Position numbers and translations under genes: made by a program. From NCBI GenBank assembly GCA_963765765.1, contig CAVXYC010000017.1, positions 71,125-135,124 of the forward strand: a stretch of DNA of 64,000 bases, given 5' to 3'. The notes under the pieces were generated by a model. The model was not told where the DNA came from. It made no database searches and saw nothing but the letters and a program-made list of their open reading frames with translations. The DNA is from an uncultured Chloroflexia bacterium (GTDB lineage: Bacteria > Chloroflexota > UBA6077 > JACCZL01). This document shows positions 40,748 through 53,060 of this stretch, piece by piece; position 1 is the first letter of the stretch, and each line of letters begins with the position of its first letter.

Positions 40748-43445
40748 ATGACTGATCAAGCGGAACGTCAGGGTCCTGAGCGCGCCTATACGCCGTTCGA
40801 CCCCTCCGACGTTGAGGAGCGCACGTATAAGTCCTGGCTGGATGCCGGCTATTTCAAGCCGAGCTGGACGCCCGGCAAAGCGCCCTTCGTCATGACGATG
40901 CCGCCGCCAAACGTCACGGGCGAGCTCCACATCGGCCACGCGCTGACGATTGCAATCGAGGACGCTCTGGTCCGCTGGCATCGGATGATGGGCGAGCCAA
41001 CCTTGTGGGTGCCCGGGCGCGACCACGCCGGAATCGCCGGCCAGCTCGTGGTGGAGAGGCAGCTCGCTCAGGATTCCAATCTCTCGAGGCACGACCTTGG
41101 TCGAGAGAAGTTTCTGGACCAGGTCTGGGAATGGATGAACGATTACGGCCGTCGCATTCAGTTTCAGCTTTACCGGCTGGGAACCTCGGCTGACTGGGAC
41201 CGTGAGGGCTTCACGATGGATTCGGGCCCTTCTCGGGCGGTCCGCACGGCATTCGTTCAGCTCTTTGAGAAGGGGCTGATCTACCGCGGGCATCGCATCA
41301 CGAACTGGTGCCCGAGATGCGCGACCGCGCTTTCCGATCTCGAGGTGGTTCATTCGGAAGAGGTGCGGTATTCTTGCGTATGTCCGATATGCCCTCGTGG
41401 ACGAGCCCGGGAAACCGAGCGGGTCCATCACCGTGGCCACTACCCGACCCGAGACCATCCTGGCCGACACCGGCATAGCCGTCCACCCGGAGGACGAGCG
41501 CTATAAGGCGATGATCGGTCGTCGAGCCATCGTCCCTTATGTGGCACGGGAGATTCCGATCGTCGCGGATGACGTGGTGGATCCTACTTTCGGAACGGGC
41601 GCCGTAAAGGTGACCCCCGGCCATGATCCCACCGACTTCGATATCGGCCAGCGACATTCACTGCCGGTGATCATGGTGATGAATCTCGATGGCACGATGA
41701 ACGATGATGCCCTAGGGCTGGCCGGCATGCCGGTGGCTGCCGCGCGCGAGCGATTCCTTCAGATGCTGCAGGAGGAAGGTGCTCTGGAGCGAGTGGAACC
41801 ACATCGACATGCCGTCGGCCACTGCCAGCGCTGTAACACTGTGGTGGAGCCTATCGTCACGGACCAATGGTACGTGCGTATGGAGCCACTTGCCGAGCCG
41901 GCGCTTGAAGCCGTGCGCGACGGACGCATTCGCATCGTTCCCGAATATTTCACCAAGGAATACAACAATTGGATGGAGAACATCCGCGATTGGTGCATTA
42001 GTCGCCAGTTGTGGTGGGGACATCGGATTCCGGTCTGGTACTGCGAGGACTGTGGCGGTCAGACGGTGGCCGTGGTGGACCCGGACGCCTGTGCATCGTG
42101 CGGAAGTAAGAAGATCGAGCAGGATCCCGATGTCCTCGACACGTGGTTCTCATCCGGTCTCTGGCCATTCTCCACGCTCGGTTGGCCCGACAACACGGAG
42201 GACATGCAGCGATACTACCCGACGACGGTCATGGAAACGGGCCATGACATTCTCTTCTTCTGGGTTGCGCGGATGATCGTGATGGGCCTGGAGTGCACCG
42301 GCGACATCCCCTTCCGCGACGTCTTCCTCCATGGCATGGTCCGCGTGGACGGCGAGAAAATGAGCAAGGTTCGAGGGAATGTCCAGGACCCACTGGACAT
42401 CATCGGGCGGTATGGAACCGATGCGCTGCGTCTCGGTCTCGTCATGGGTACAACGCCGGGTAAAGACGTCTCCATATCCGAATCGAAGTTCGATTTTCAA
42501 CGCGACTTCGTCAACAAGATGTGGAATATCGGTCGCTTCGTCCTGGGAAACCTTCCGACGGAAGCGCGGGCGTCACTCCCTGACGGTGTAGCGAGCTCGT
42601 TGGCGGATCGATGGATCCGCAGCCGCGCCGCCGCGATCGTGACTGACGTGTCGCGCCTCCTTGGCGAGTTTCAGCTTGGGGAGGCATCACGCCTGGCGGA
42701 AGAGTTCCTCTGGGAGGACTTCGCGAGCTGGTATCTGGAGATCGCCAAGATTCAGCTCCGATCCGCCGAATCCGATGCGGAGAAGGTCGCCACGCTTTCT
42801 ACGCTGAGAGACGTGTTTACCGTGTGTCTCAAACTGCTCCATCCGTTTGCTCCGTTCATCACCGAGGAGCTCTGGCAGCAGCTGCGCGAAGGTCAGCAAG
42901 GGCTGGAGCCATCGATCATGATCAGCGCCTGGCCGACTCCCGGTGATCGAGATGCTGTCGCCGAGGCGGAGTTCCAACGGGTGGCAGATCTCATCCAAGG
43001 TATCCGTCGTCTGCGATCGGAGTATCGGGTGGACTGGTCGCGGCGAGCTCCGGTGACGATTGAAGCGTTGGATACGCCGCAGCTATTCAAAGATCAGAGT
43101 GATGCGATTGCTTCGCTCGCCCGGCTGGATCCGCTGGAAGTTGTGGAGCGCGTTCGAGAAGAGCCGTCCGATGCGCTCACGGTGGTGGCCGGCGGCGTTC
43201 GTGCCTTTGTCGCGGCATCGGGTCTTTTCGACGTCGCCGGTGAGCTCAAGAGGCTAACCGTCGGTATTCAGACCACCACGCAGGCTGTTCAGCGCAAGGA
43301 GGCATTGCTCGGACGTGAAGGGTTCGTAGCGAAGGCTCCGCCCGCGGTGGTGGAGCGAGAACGCCGCGATCTCGAGCAGCTTCGTTCGGAGCTCGCCCTC
43401 ATGCAAGAGCAGCTCAGCCGCCTCCAGGGGATGGCGGGTGGATAG
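40748..43445 (+). CDS. valS: Valine--tRNA ligase (frameshift near 41370)
   Basis: PPPNVTG.LHIGH, ATTRPET, DWCISRQLWWGH, KMSK and C-terminal coiled coil. Confidence 0.95.
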
Positions 43446-44193
43446 CCGCCTCCTTCTAGCTGTTCCGCCCGCCATAGCGCTGCTAGGGCTGGTGGGACTG
43501 CTGTACGGGATTGAGCCAGTTGGCCCCATCGCGCTGGCGCTTGGGCTGGTCGTTGGAGCCCTGGCCGAGCTGAGCGGACGGGCGTTCCTCGGTTGGGACG
43601 AAGTCAAAGGTCGGCTGGGCTGGACGCTGTGGATACTCCCGGCCGCTTCCACGTTGGCCGCCGCCCTCGCCGTGGCGCAGCTTGACCCACGCCTCTCGCG
43701 TGTCGTGCCGGTTCTGGGCGCGGCGGTCGTTGGAGTCGAGGTGATCCTGCAGCGGCTCGAGGTGGAAGACCGTCCGAACAGCAGCGGCTATCGAGTGGTG
43801 TTCCACATCCTTGCGTATCTGACCGCCTTTGTCCTCTTCACGCTCATCTATCAGACCAAAGAGCGCGGCCTTATTACAGGAACTGGCATTGCGGCATCGT
43901 CAGCACTCCTGTCGATAGCTTTGCTGCGGGAGGTCAGCGTTGAGCGCCGCCGCACAATTCTGTTCGCCTGCCTCATTGGGCTCGTGGCTGGAGAGATCAC
44001 CTGGGCAGCAAATTACTGGGTCGTCTTAGCCCTTGTCGGCGGCGCGTTGCTCTTACTTGTCTTCTACCTCCTAGTCGGCATCGCCCAGGCGATTCTGGCT
44101 AAGAGCTTGAGCAGGAGTGTGCTCTTGGAGTACACGCTGTTCGGATTGCTGTGCTTTGCGATCATTTTCTCCACAGGCCCGTGGAAGACTTGA
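43438..44193 (+). CDS. Hypothetical multi-pass membrane protein
   Basis: 251-aa ORF with many TM segments, overlapping the valS stop. Confidence 0.7.
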   Translation: MDSRLLLAVPPAIALLGLVGLLYGIEPVGPIALALGLVVGALAELSGRAFLGWDEVKGRLGWTLWILPAASTLAAALAVAQLDPRLSRVVPVLGAAVVGVEVILQRLEVEDRPNSSGYRVVFHILAYLTAFVLFTLIYQTKERGLITGTGIAASSALLSIALLREVSVERRRTILFACLIGLVAGEITWAANYWVVLALVGGALLLLVFYLLVGIAQAILAKSLSRSVLLEYTLFGLLCFAIIFSTGPWKT

Positions 44194-44242
44194 TCTGCAC
44201 CCGATCGCCAAGTTGCACTCCTCAAGACGTTGAGCTCGTGAC

Positions 44243-44401
44243 GCATGTAGTGAGCGCTTCAGCGCTTTTTCGCCGAGATCGGGTAGCAAGCGTAGCGAGG
44301 CGAACTTCGAACGTTCTTTCAATCAACCGATCTCGACGGGACGCTTATCTGTGCTCGCTTTGAATTGTTCGGCGAAAAAGCGCTAAAGCGCTACTACATG
44401 C
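44243..44401. repeat. REPIN/MITE-like element, copy 1
   Basis: Inverted termini catgtagtgagcgcttcagcgctttttcgccga ... tcggcgaaaaagcgctaaagcgctactacatg. Confidence 0.8.
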
Positions 44402-44409
44402 CTTTAGAG

Positions 44410-45123
44410 CTATTCGATGCCAAGGTACGAGCGCTGGACGGCTTCGTCGTTCCTCAGCTCCGCGGCGTTACCCTGGAGCACAATTCGGCCGGCTTCTAAC
44501 ACGTATCCGCGGTGTGCGATTTCGAGCGCCATGAGAGCGTTCTGCTCCACCAGCAGGATAGTTCCACCTTGCCGATGGATCTCGCGAAGCGTATCGAAGA
44601 TTGTCTCCACCAGAATTGGAGCGAGGCCCATTGACGGCTCGTCAAGAAGCAGGATACGTGGGCTGGACATCAGCGCCCGGCTGATCGCCAGCATCTGCTG
44701 CTCTCCTCCGGAGAGCGTTCCGCCCCTCTGATTCAGGCGCTCCTTCAATCGAGGGAAGAGTGTCAGTACTCGATCAAGGTCACTTGCCACAGAGGATGGA
44801 TCCTTCCGTGCAAATGCGCCCATCTCGAGGTTTTCCAGAACGGTCATTCTGGAGAAGATACGTCGTCCTTCCGGGACCTGGCAGATTCCCAGTCCGACGA
44901 TCTCGTGCGCTGGTCGTTCTTGAATGTTGCTGCCGTCGAAGCGCACCTGTCCCGAGCGCGGGCGGAGTAGTCCTGAGATGGTCCTGAGCGTCGTAGACTT
45001 TCCCGCGCCGTTAGCACCGATCAGCGTCACGATCTCATTCTCGTTGACGTCCAGTGATACGCCGTGAAGTGCCTGGATGCTCCCGTAAAAACTCTGAATC
45101 CCCTGGAGCTCAAGCAGGGGCAT
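44410..45123 (-). CDS. livF: ABC ATPase LivF-type
   Basis: GANGAGKS, LSGGEQQML, DEPSMGLAP. Confidence 0.9.
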   Translation of the reverse strand: MPLLELQGIQSFYGSIQALHGVSLDVNENEIVTLIGANGAGKSTTLRTISGLLRPRSGQVRFDGSNIQERPAHEIVGLGICQVPEGRRIFSRMTVLENLEMGAFARKDPSSVASDLDRVLTLFPRLKERLNQRGGTLSGGEQQMLAISRALMSSPRILLLDEPSMGLAPILVETIFDTLREIHRQGGTILLVEQNALMALEIAHRGYVLEAGRIVLQGNAAELRNDEAVQRSYLGIE

Positions 45124-45898
45124 GTTGCGTACTTGCTCCGGCCGCCCCACGCCCGAGGTAGGCTTCGATCACCCGGGGATTGTGTTGAATCTCCGATGGT
45201 GTGCCTTCGGCAATCTTCTCGCCGTGATCGAGCACGCACACGCGGTCCGAGATGTTCATGACCACGCGCATATGGTGCTCGATGAGGAGAATCGTGAGGC
45301 CCATCTCCGTGCGGATGCTCTGGATCAGATCCGTGAGCGCGCCCGTCTCTGAAGGATTCATGCCGGCAGTTGGCTCATCCAGTAGAAGCAGCCGCGGCTG
45401 TGTCGCGAGCGCCCGAGCGATCTCCAGTCGGCGCTGGTCTCCGTAGGGGAGATTTCGTGCCCAGGTCTCCGCGCGAGCGTCTATTCCGACACGAGCGAGG
45501 AGTTTATGCGCGCGTTCGCGTGCTTCCTTCTCTTCCTTCTGAACGCCGGGGGTGCGCAGAATGGCGCCGATCACGGAAGATCGCAATCGACTGTGCATGC
45601 CGACCAGGACATTGTCGAGGGCGCTCATATTTCCGAATAGACGGATGTTCTGGAATGTGCGGGCGATGCCCATTTGCGTAATCTCGTGGGGCTGTCGTCC
45701 CACAATAGATTGATGCTGGAAATGGATTGTGCCCTGTTCGGGCCTGTACCAGCCCGCGACGCAATTGAAGAACGACGTCTTTCCAGCGCCGTTGGGGCCG
45801 ATGACGCTCACAATGGAGCCCTCATCGATCTCGAGGTCCACATGATCGACGGCCACCAGGCCCCCGAAGCGCTTTACGACTTGATGCGCGGAAAGCAT
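45110..45898 (-). CDS. livG: ABC ATPase LivG-type
   Basis: GPNGAGKT, RTFQNIRLF, LPYGDQRRLEIARAL. Confidence 0.9.
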   Translation of the reverse strand: MLSAHQVVKRFGGLVAVDHVDLEIDEGSIVSVIGPNGAGKTSFFNCVAGWYRPEQGTIHFQHQSIVGRQPHEITQMGIARTFQNIRLFGNMSALDNVLVGMHSRLRSSVIGAILRTPGVQKEEKEARERAHKLLARVGIDARAETWARNLPYGDQRRLEIARALATQPRLLLLDEPTAGMNPSETGALTDLIQSIRTEMGLTILLIEHHMRVVMNISDRVCVLDHGEKIAEGTPSEIQHNPRVIEAYLGRGAAGASTQHAPA

Positions 45899-45900
45899 AT

Positions 45901-47074
45901 TTAGTGTGTCCGCGTCGCCCCCACGGGCTCCATCGTAGTCGGCGGTACAGGGGCCGCGGGATCAGGTTCGAGCAGCTCACTGCGGCGCTGCATACTGGGG
46001 AATAGGCCCTGCGGGCGAATTGCCATCAGGAGAACCAGTACCAGTCCAAACATCAACAGCTTGGCGCTGGAGAGATCGACACCCTGAAGCCAGGGGCTGA
46101 CCACCGGTACATTAATGAGCGCGCCAAAAGAACGAATCCATGGTGTGGCGGCGTCGGTCACGATGAAGTTGAAGATGCCCATTACCACGGCGCCGACCAT
46201 CACGCCCCAGACGTTCCCAATACCCCCGAGAATGACCATGGAAAGCACAATCACCGAGATGCTGAAGTCAAACTGGAACGGATCGATAAACTGCAGCATC
46301 GACGCGTACATGGAGCCGGCGAACCCGGAGAAGGATGCTCCCAGTGCGAAGGCGAGAAGCTTGGTCTTGACGAGATCAATACCCATGCTGGCCGCGGCCG
46401 CCTCGTCTTCTCGCATGGCCATCCAGGCCCGGCCAAGCCGTGAGCCATGCAATCGAACGATCAAGAAGACGGAGACCAGCATGACGACCAGGATCAGGTA
46501 GTACCACTGCACCTGGTCAGATGCGAGCAGCTCTTTCTCCCCGAGATGGGGTCTGCCGATAGGGTTCATACCCTTGGCTCCGTTACTCCATTTCTCGAGG
46601 TTGAGAAAGGCACGCGGAACGATCTCCCCAAACGCCAGCGTCACGATGGCCAGGTAATCTCCGCGTAGCCGCAGCGTGGGAGCACCCAGGATGACTCCGA
46701 AGATGGCGGCGACGCACCAGCTGATTCCGAGAGCCGGCCAGAAGTCGGTGCGAAATGGCAGGGGGCTCTGCGGAGCTGTCAGGAATGCGACTGTGTATCC
46801 GCCAATGGCAAAGAACGCCGCGTAACCGAGATCCAAGAGCCCGGCATACCCAACGACGATGTTCAAGCCGAGCGCCAGAATCACGTAGATCAAGATCGGA
46901 TTCATGCTGCCCATGCGTTGCCAGCCGAACGTCTGGTCAAGCGCGGGATAGACCAGGGCAAGCGCCAGGAATACGAGGAAGACGATGCGGTTACGCCGGT
47001 CTTCGCCAAAGATGCGCCAGTCGCTGAGCGCGCGCCTGTGCAGCGGGTGCGGCCGCGGCCGCCGAATCAGGCAC
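45901..47074 (-). CDS. livM: LivM-type permease (frameshifted 5' part)
   Basis: GLNIVVGYAGLLDLGY and LRLRGDYLAIVTLAFGEI. Confidence 0.88.
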
Positions 47075-48080
47075 GCTCGGTGGTCTCCTCACCAAGAAGG
47101 CCGTTGGGTCTGAAAACGAGAATCAAGAATGAGAATCCCGAATACGACGGCCTGCGTCCAGCGCGCGTCGAAAACGAAGTCGCTTCTGGCCGCGATCAGG
47201 CCAATGATGAACCCGCCAAGCACCGCGCCAGTGATATTGCCTATTCCTCCGAGCACAGCCGCGGTGAAGGCCATGAGGCCGCCTCGAAACCCCTGAAAGA
47301 ACCAGGCGGTGTTGTTGTAGAGGCCAAAAATGAGTCCCGCGGCCCCAGCAAGCGCACCGCCAATGAGAAACGTGAGCGCGATGGTCTGGTTGATATCGAT
47401 GCCCATGAGCGCGGCGGCTTCACGATCCTGCGCCGTGGCGCGCATCGCCTTGCCTAATCGTGTTCGGGTGATGAAGAGATGCAGTGCATACGTGAGCGGC
47501 ACGCTGAGAGCAATGACGAAGAAGTCTTTGACCGTGAATGTGACGATGCGAGTCTATGCCCAGGATATCGCCCACAATGTCGATGTTCGGAATCAAGTTC
47601 GGGAAGTCCACGGCCGACGCGCCTTTCCAGAACAGCCCGACGTTCACCAGGATGAACGATACGCCAATAGCCGAGATCAGCGGCGCGAGGCGCGGCGCGT
47701 TGCGCAAGTCGTCGGTATGCGAGCCGCTCGATCGCAGCGTTCAATAGCGCGCATACAAGCATGCTTCCGACCAGTGCCAGGACGATAAGCAGCACAATCA
47801 ACGGGGGGTCGAGCTGGCTCGCTCGGCTAAGGCCCAGCATTGCTGGAATCGCCGTGATGATCGTGAGGGCGGTCATCGTGCCAATCATGAACACCTCGCC
47901 ATGGGCGAAGTTGATCAGCTCGATGATGCCGTAGACCAGCGTGTAGCCAAGAGCGATGAGTGCGACGATCGCGCCGTTGGCGGTGCCGATGAGCAGGATC
48001 TGCAGCGTGAGCTCAGGACCCTGCCAGGGAAAGACGAGCGCCGCCACCAATGCGGTCACGAGCAGCCACGTTGCGCTCAC
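47067..48080 (-). CDS. livH: LivH-type permease (several frameshifts)
   Basis: ALGYTLVYGIIELINFAHG, GKAMRATAQD and AAVLGGIGN across three ORFs. Confidence 0.88.
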
Positions 48081-48176
48081 GACGTCTTCATCCTTGTTTG
48101 ATTATCAACGAACACTGACGCGTGCGAAGATTGACTCTCGCACGCGCCAGCAATCGTACTGGTTTTATCGATGTGC

Positions 48177-49548
48177 TTACTGAGGCGCCTGGAGCGTCAC
48201 GGCATTCTCGTCGTCGAACTTGCCGTCATTGACCTGTCGGCCGCTCATCGTCGTGAGGCTGGTATCGCCATTGGTGTCGAAGCGACCACCGGTTACCTAG
48301 TACCCCGTCGTAGTCCTTCGTGGCAAAAACCGCGTCACGAATCTTTGCGCGATCCTTTACCCCGGCGCGTTTGATTGCATCCAGGACGACCTTCATGGAC
48401 TCGTAACCGTAGGCCGCGTATGCTTCGGGCTCGGAGTTGTACTTGGCCTTGTATGCCCTATACCAGTCTGCGCCCTTTCCGGTGAGCTTCGAAGGCGGGA
48501 CTCCGCCGAATGTGATGTAGGCGCCTTCAGCCGCGTCGCCCGCGTCGTCGAGAAACGCCTTCTCATAGATACCATCAGGCCCCATGAACTTGACGTTGTT
48601 GCCCAGTGTTGAGCGGATGTCCTTCAGGAGCTTGCCCGCCTGATTCTGGGTGATGCCACCGTAATAAATGAGGTCCGGGTTGGCACCGCGGATCTTCGTC
48701 GCAAGCGCGCGATAGTCCGAAGCTTGCGGATCGATGCCTTCCGGGCCACCCACGATGTTAATCCGACCTTGGGCGCGGTATTGTTGAATACCGCCGCGAG
48801 GCCGTTGCCGTAAAGCTCGGTGTCGTGAAGAATGTAGACACGCTGAGCGCCGAGCTGCTTTGGCCCAGTTTGCGCCAACGGACCCCTGCAGATCTCGGCG
48901 GGCACCACGCGCGAGTAGTTACGCTGGCCGTTGGGGTAGTAGACATCTGGCTCGTCCGGCTCCACGCCCTCAACCTTCTTGGTAAGCCCAGGATAGGTGT
49001 TGGCCGGGGAGATCATAAGCAGGTTCGACCGATTCAAGATCGGGATCGCGACCTTAGCCGCACCCGAGTTGAAGGTACCAACGTATGCCATTACGTCCGG
49101 GTCGTTCACTGCCTTGTTGGCGTTCTCAGCTTCCTTGCCAGCATCCCACTGGCCCCTTGCAGGCGTAGCATCATCCATGTCCTCGTAGTCCAGCGTTGCG
49201 CCATCTATGCGCATGTTGACCTCGTCAAGGGCCATTTTGATGCCGTTGACGATCGTGTCAGTCTGACCCTTGGAGCTTCCTGTCCTCGGAAGGCTCGAAA
49301 CGATCTTGATGCGACCCGTTAGTTGGCTGGCGCCGGCGGCAGGCGATGCGGCGGGTGACGCGGCCGGAGACGCGGCGGGTGACGCCGCGGGGCTTGCGGA
49401 TGGGGCCGATGGGCTGGCCGCTGCGGCAGGCTTCGCGGTCGCCGGCGCTGTTGTGGGCGTCGCGGGAGCCGGTGAGCAGGCGCTCAGCAGCACAGCCAGT
49501 GACGTGGTCACGAGCGTAACCGCTCCGAGACGCTTGGCGCTATCGCAT
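48177..49548 (-). CDS. Branched-chain amino acid ABC substrate-binding lipoprotein (several frameshifts)
   Basis: Lipobox LLSAC, SPAA linker, GTFNSGAA, ISPANT and YAAYGYE across ORFs. Confidence 0.85.
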
Positions 49549-49994
49549 AAATACTTCCTCCACAGTGGTCGAGCTCAGGAAATGGTGTACGATCTCGAAT
49601 CTTGCAACTGCTGCACCAAAAATTCACCGGGTCTTCTCGCATGTGATATACATGTACGAGATGAGACGCCAACGTCGACCGGACGTGCTCGGCAAACTCA
49701 CGCCACTGCGCGACGAGAGCTAGCGCTCAACCAAGGCCCAATCTACCACAGCCTCTGTACGTGCGCAAAGGTTATCTCCGCACAAGCCGGCTTGTTCATT
49801 CCCGGTCGCTTGCACGGAAGCCGATGCTGCTCCGAGACGTCGATTTGAGTGTCCCATCGCTATAATGGCGTTGGCCTATCCACGAGGCACATGCTCTCAC
49901 CGTGGAGCTTGATCTGCCGCCTCGCCCCCTGGCCTATTTCCTGCACTTACGTTGCGGTTCAGTAAAAGACCGCAAGGTCTGAGGTGATGGTCGA

Positions 49995-50850
49995 ATGACC
50001 GCGTTTCAATCCGAAGACCGGACGCGTATCAAAAGAATACGCGCCGAGAAGGCCATCCAGCTAGCGATGCAGAATCGCTGGTCGGAGGCCTCTGAAGTCA
50101 ATCGCCAGATCATTGAGCTTTTTCCGGACGATGTGGATAGTCACAATCGACTCGGAAAGGCATTGATGGAGCTTGGCCAGTATCCTGAGTCACGCAATGC
50201 ATATCGTGAGGCAGCCAAACTCGATCCATCAAATACAATCGCCGCCCGAAATCTTCAGCGGCTTGAGCAGCTCACCGATGGTGACAGCGAAGCAACCCCG
50301 GCGACACCGGTAGACCCACGGCTCTTCATTGAAGAAGCCGGGAAAACGGCGGTCACGGCCTTGAACGACCTCGCCAATCGCACGGTGCTTGTTCGACTCA
50401 CCGCCGGTGATCCGTTGTCCATTGACGTGGATGGCAACACCGTCAAAATGTCAGACCAGACGGGAGAAGTCGTGGGTCAGGTTGAGCCAAAGCTGGCTCA
50501 ACGGATCGTCCGGCTCCTTGAGATGGGAAACAAGCTATCGGCAGCCGTAACCGCCGCCGATGACCAGTCCGTGCGCGTGATCATTCGCGAGGTCTATCGG
50601 GACCCCTCGATGGGGAATCGTGCATCCTTCCCCATGGCAATTGCCCCCGATCAATTTCGTGCCTACGTCAAGGATTCGCTACTTCGTTACGACCTTGATG
50701 ACGACGAGGATATCGTGGACGAGGTCGATACCGAGACCGGAGCTGAGGTGGAGGCGGATGCTGAAGCCTCACCTGACACTGAAGTTTCACTTGACGACCC
50801 GTCGGTCGTTGCCGCCGAAGGGAAAGGACGACGATGACGACGAGGATTAA
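49995..50850 (+). CDS. Tetratricopeptide repeat protein with acidic C-terminus
   Basis: WSEASEVN...NRLGKALMELG.Y..A...Y..A..LDP.N.IA TPR pattern. Confidence 0.85.
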
Positions 50851-50894
50851 CACAGCGCCACATTAATCACCGCGATTTTCGGTGCAACGTAACG

Positions 50895-50944
50895 GGCGCG
50901 TGCGCGATGGAGCATCTGCATCCACGCCACGCGCTTTGTTTTGT
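50895..50944 (+). terminator. Terminator-like hairpin after the TPR gene
   Basis: gcgcgtg...cacgcgc stem followed by tttgttttg. Confidence 0.55.
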
Positions 50945-50974
50945 CTGGTAGCCGGGCGTGCTCGGAATAAGAAG

Positions 50975-51023
50975 TGGAGCGGAGATAGGGAATCGAACCC
51001 TCACGTCTAGCTTGGGATGCTAG
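50975..51023 (-). repeat. Duplicated 3' part of tRNA-Gly (att site)
   Basis: tggagcggagatagggaatcgaaccctcacgtctagcttgggatgctag nearly matches 61129-61177. Confidence 0.92.
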
Positions 51024-51109
51024 TCCCTATCTGTGATGTCTGGTGCGTAAATCGAGGAATGAGTCGGCCGTGTGAGGGACGGGCGGGAGAGGAGCCGGCA
51101 GAGTGACGA

Positions 51110-51760
51110 CGAGGGCACGCGGATCGGCTCTGATCTGAACGACAGCGGCGGCACGCCAATGTGGGCGTCGTCCGTTGCTCGACAGCTTCCTGATCGACGC
51201 GCTGCGGGCCTGGACGTCCCGCGTGAGGTGACCTACTCGACGACAAGCGTTGCCAGGCAGACCGCGTATGCCCTGCCGTGCGTCAGTCGTCGAGATCGTC
51301 AGGGTCGAGCACCCGGCGGGAGTGTATTCCGTCAGCCTCGCCCCGGCCATTCGGGCGAACTGAGGCCTGGAACTGAGCTCGCGCCTGCCGGTGCGATCGT
51401 CGTGCCGCCTGGCGGCCTGTGGTACGAGGCCTGGGCTTGGGGAGCTGGTGCTTACGTCCGCACCTGACGTATCGGGTCAGTCGATCGCTGTTCGGTACGT
51501 GGGTGCGTATACCGAGCCGTCAGCTGACGGCTCGGTGCTCGACGTGGCTTCTCGCGACGAGGACGCGATCGTGGCGCACGTGTGCGCGCACGCTATGGAG
51601 TGGATCGGCGCCGACGAGGCCAAGCGCATGCGATTCGAGCGTGAGCGGGGCGCATCACCTGCGGAGTCACGGCGACTTCTGGACGATCGGTACCGGGCTG
51701 CCAAATCCCGTCGTCTGGCGGGTGTGAGGTCTCGGAACAAGCGGATTGGCCGGGCATGGG
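51110..51760 (+). pseudogene. Degraded phage-like gene (possible head-tail adaptor)
   Basis: Across frames: TRIGSDLNDSGGTPMW...LIDALRAW...TAYALP...IVRVEHP...LVLTSAPDVSGQSIAVRY...; resemblance recognised by eye only. Confidence 0.45.
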
Positions 51761-51810
51761 GTCTTTGCCGGGTTGATCGCGCGTCGCAGACGGAGCATAG
51801 TAACCACAGC

Positions 51811-52818
51811 ATGGAGTATCAGAGCCGCCGCCACTTTCTGAAGGGCAGCCTGGCGCTGACCTGTCTCGGGCTTCTGGGCGGTTGCGGGGTCCTCCCGTTT
51901 CAAGGACGGGGGCCGACAAAAGTCCCGCGTGTGGGTGTGTTGTGGACTTCCGAGCCAGTGTCGCTCGAGGCGTTCCAACAGGGCCTGCGCGATCTGGGGT
52001 ACGTGGACGGGCAGAACATCGTCCTGGAGTATCGATACCAGGAGGGGCAGACGGAGCGCCTTCCCGCCCTCGTGGCTGAGCTGGTCGCCCTGCCCGTGGA
52101 CGTGCTCGTCACAACCGCGTCGCCGGCTTTGCGGGCCGCTCAGCAGGCCACCGCTGAGATCCCGATCGTCATGGCCGCCATCGGCGACGCGGTGGACTCG
52201 GGGTTCGTCCGCAGCCTGGATCAGCCAGGGGGCAACATGACTGGTCTTTCGTTCCTGGGCATCCCGATGGCGGTCAAGCAGCTCGAGCTGCTCAGAGATG
52301 CGGTGCCCGGCGTCTCACGGGTCGCAACGATTCGCGATGCGACCACCGCGCCACTCCTGGGCGAGACATTCCGCCAGATAGGGGAGGCGGCGCGGGCCCT
52401 GGGCATTGAGCTCGAGCCGCTCCTGGCGACCGCACCTGAGGGACTCGCGGGTGCGTTCGATTCCGCGCGCGAGGCTGGCGTCGGGGCGGTTCAGGTCCAC
52501 ACGTCCGCGTCGTTTTCCAACTCGGAGCATCGGAAGGCGCTGGTCGACCTGGCCGCGCAAGTCGGCCTGCCGACGATGTATCCGCAGCGCATTTTTCCCG
52601 AGGTCGGGGGCTTGCTGAGCTATGGCGCCAACTTGTCGGACCTCTACCGCCGCGCCGCGACCTACGTAGACAAGATTCTCAAGGGAGCCAGGCCGGTCGA
52701 CCTGCCGGTCGAGCAGCCCAGGACGTTTGATTTCGTGGTCAATCTCAAGACTGCCCAAGCCCTGGGGCTAACCATTCCCCAGTCAGTGCTCGCCCAGGCT
52801 ACCGAGCTTATCCAGTAG
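51811..52818 (+). CDS. ABC_sub_bind (COG2984-type) substrate-binding Tat lipoprotein, paralog 1 (intact)
   Basis: SRRHFLK Tat motif, LLGGC lipobox, [37 protein letters not shown]-terminus. Confidence 0.9.
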   Translation: MEYQSRRHFLKGSLALTCLGLLGGCGVLPFQGRGPTKVPRVGVLWTSEPVSLEAFQQGLRDLGYVDGQNIVLEYRYQEGQTERLPALVAELVALPVDVLVTTASPALRAAQQATAEIPIVMAAIGDAVDSGFVRSLDQPGGNMTGLSFLGIPMAVKQLELLRDAVPGVSRVATIRDATTAPLLGETFRQIGEAARALGIELEPLLATAPEGLAGAFDSAREAGVGAVQVHTSASFSNSEHRKALVDLAAQVGLPTMYPQRIFPEVGGLLSYGANLSDLYRRAATYVDKILKGARPVDLPVEQPRTFDFVVNLKTAQALGLTIPQSVLAQATELIQ

Positions 52819-52872
52819 CGAGCGTGTTCTCGTGATCAGGCTCCAGGACTCGGCTCAGCCCATGATTAAGCC

Positions 52873-52897
52873 CGGCCGATAATGGGGTTATCGGAAC
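52873..52897. other. dif-like palindromic site 1
   Basis: GGCCGATAA-TGGGG-TTATCGGAAC. Confidence 0.5.
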
Positions 52898-53060
52898 GAA
52901 CCGTGATGTCTCACGGTGCTCAGCAGCTCGTCGTATATATCCATCGGCTTGGCGATCACCGATGCTGGCCCGGTAATCGGAGTTCTCTGAACGAATGATG
53001 CCGAATGGCTCAGTCCCCGGCGGCCGTACCAGGTGCTTGGGTCCTATCCGCGAGCAGCGC

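Noticed and set aside
40748-43445. Programmed frameshift or pseudogenisation of valS
   Set aside because: It is an essential gene with no slippery site evident, and similar indels occur throughout the window; assembly error is more likely.
50975-51023. Second tRNA-Gly gene
   Set aside because: It lacks the 5' acceptor strand and D arm; it is an att duplication.
51391-52818. 475-aa fusion of the phage-like remnant with SBP paralog 1
   Set aside because: The Tat signal starts at ATG 51811; the in-frame upstream part belongs to the degraded gene and would bury the signal peptide.
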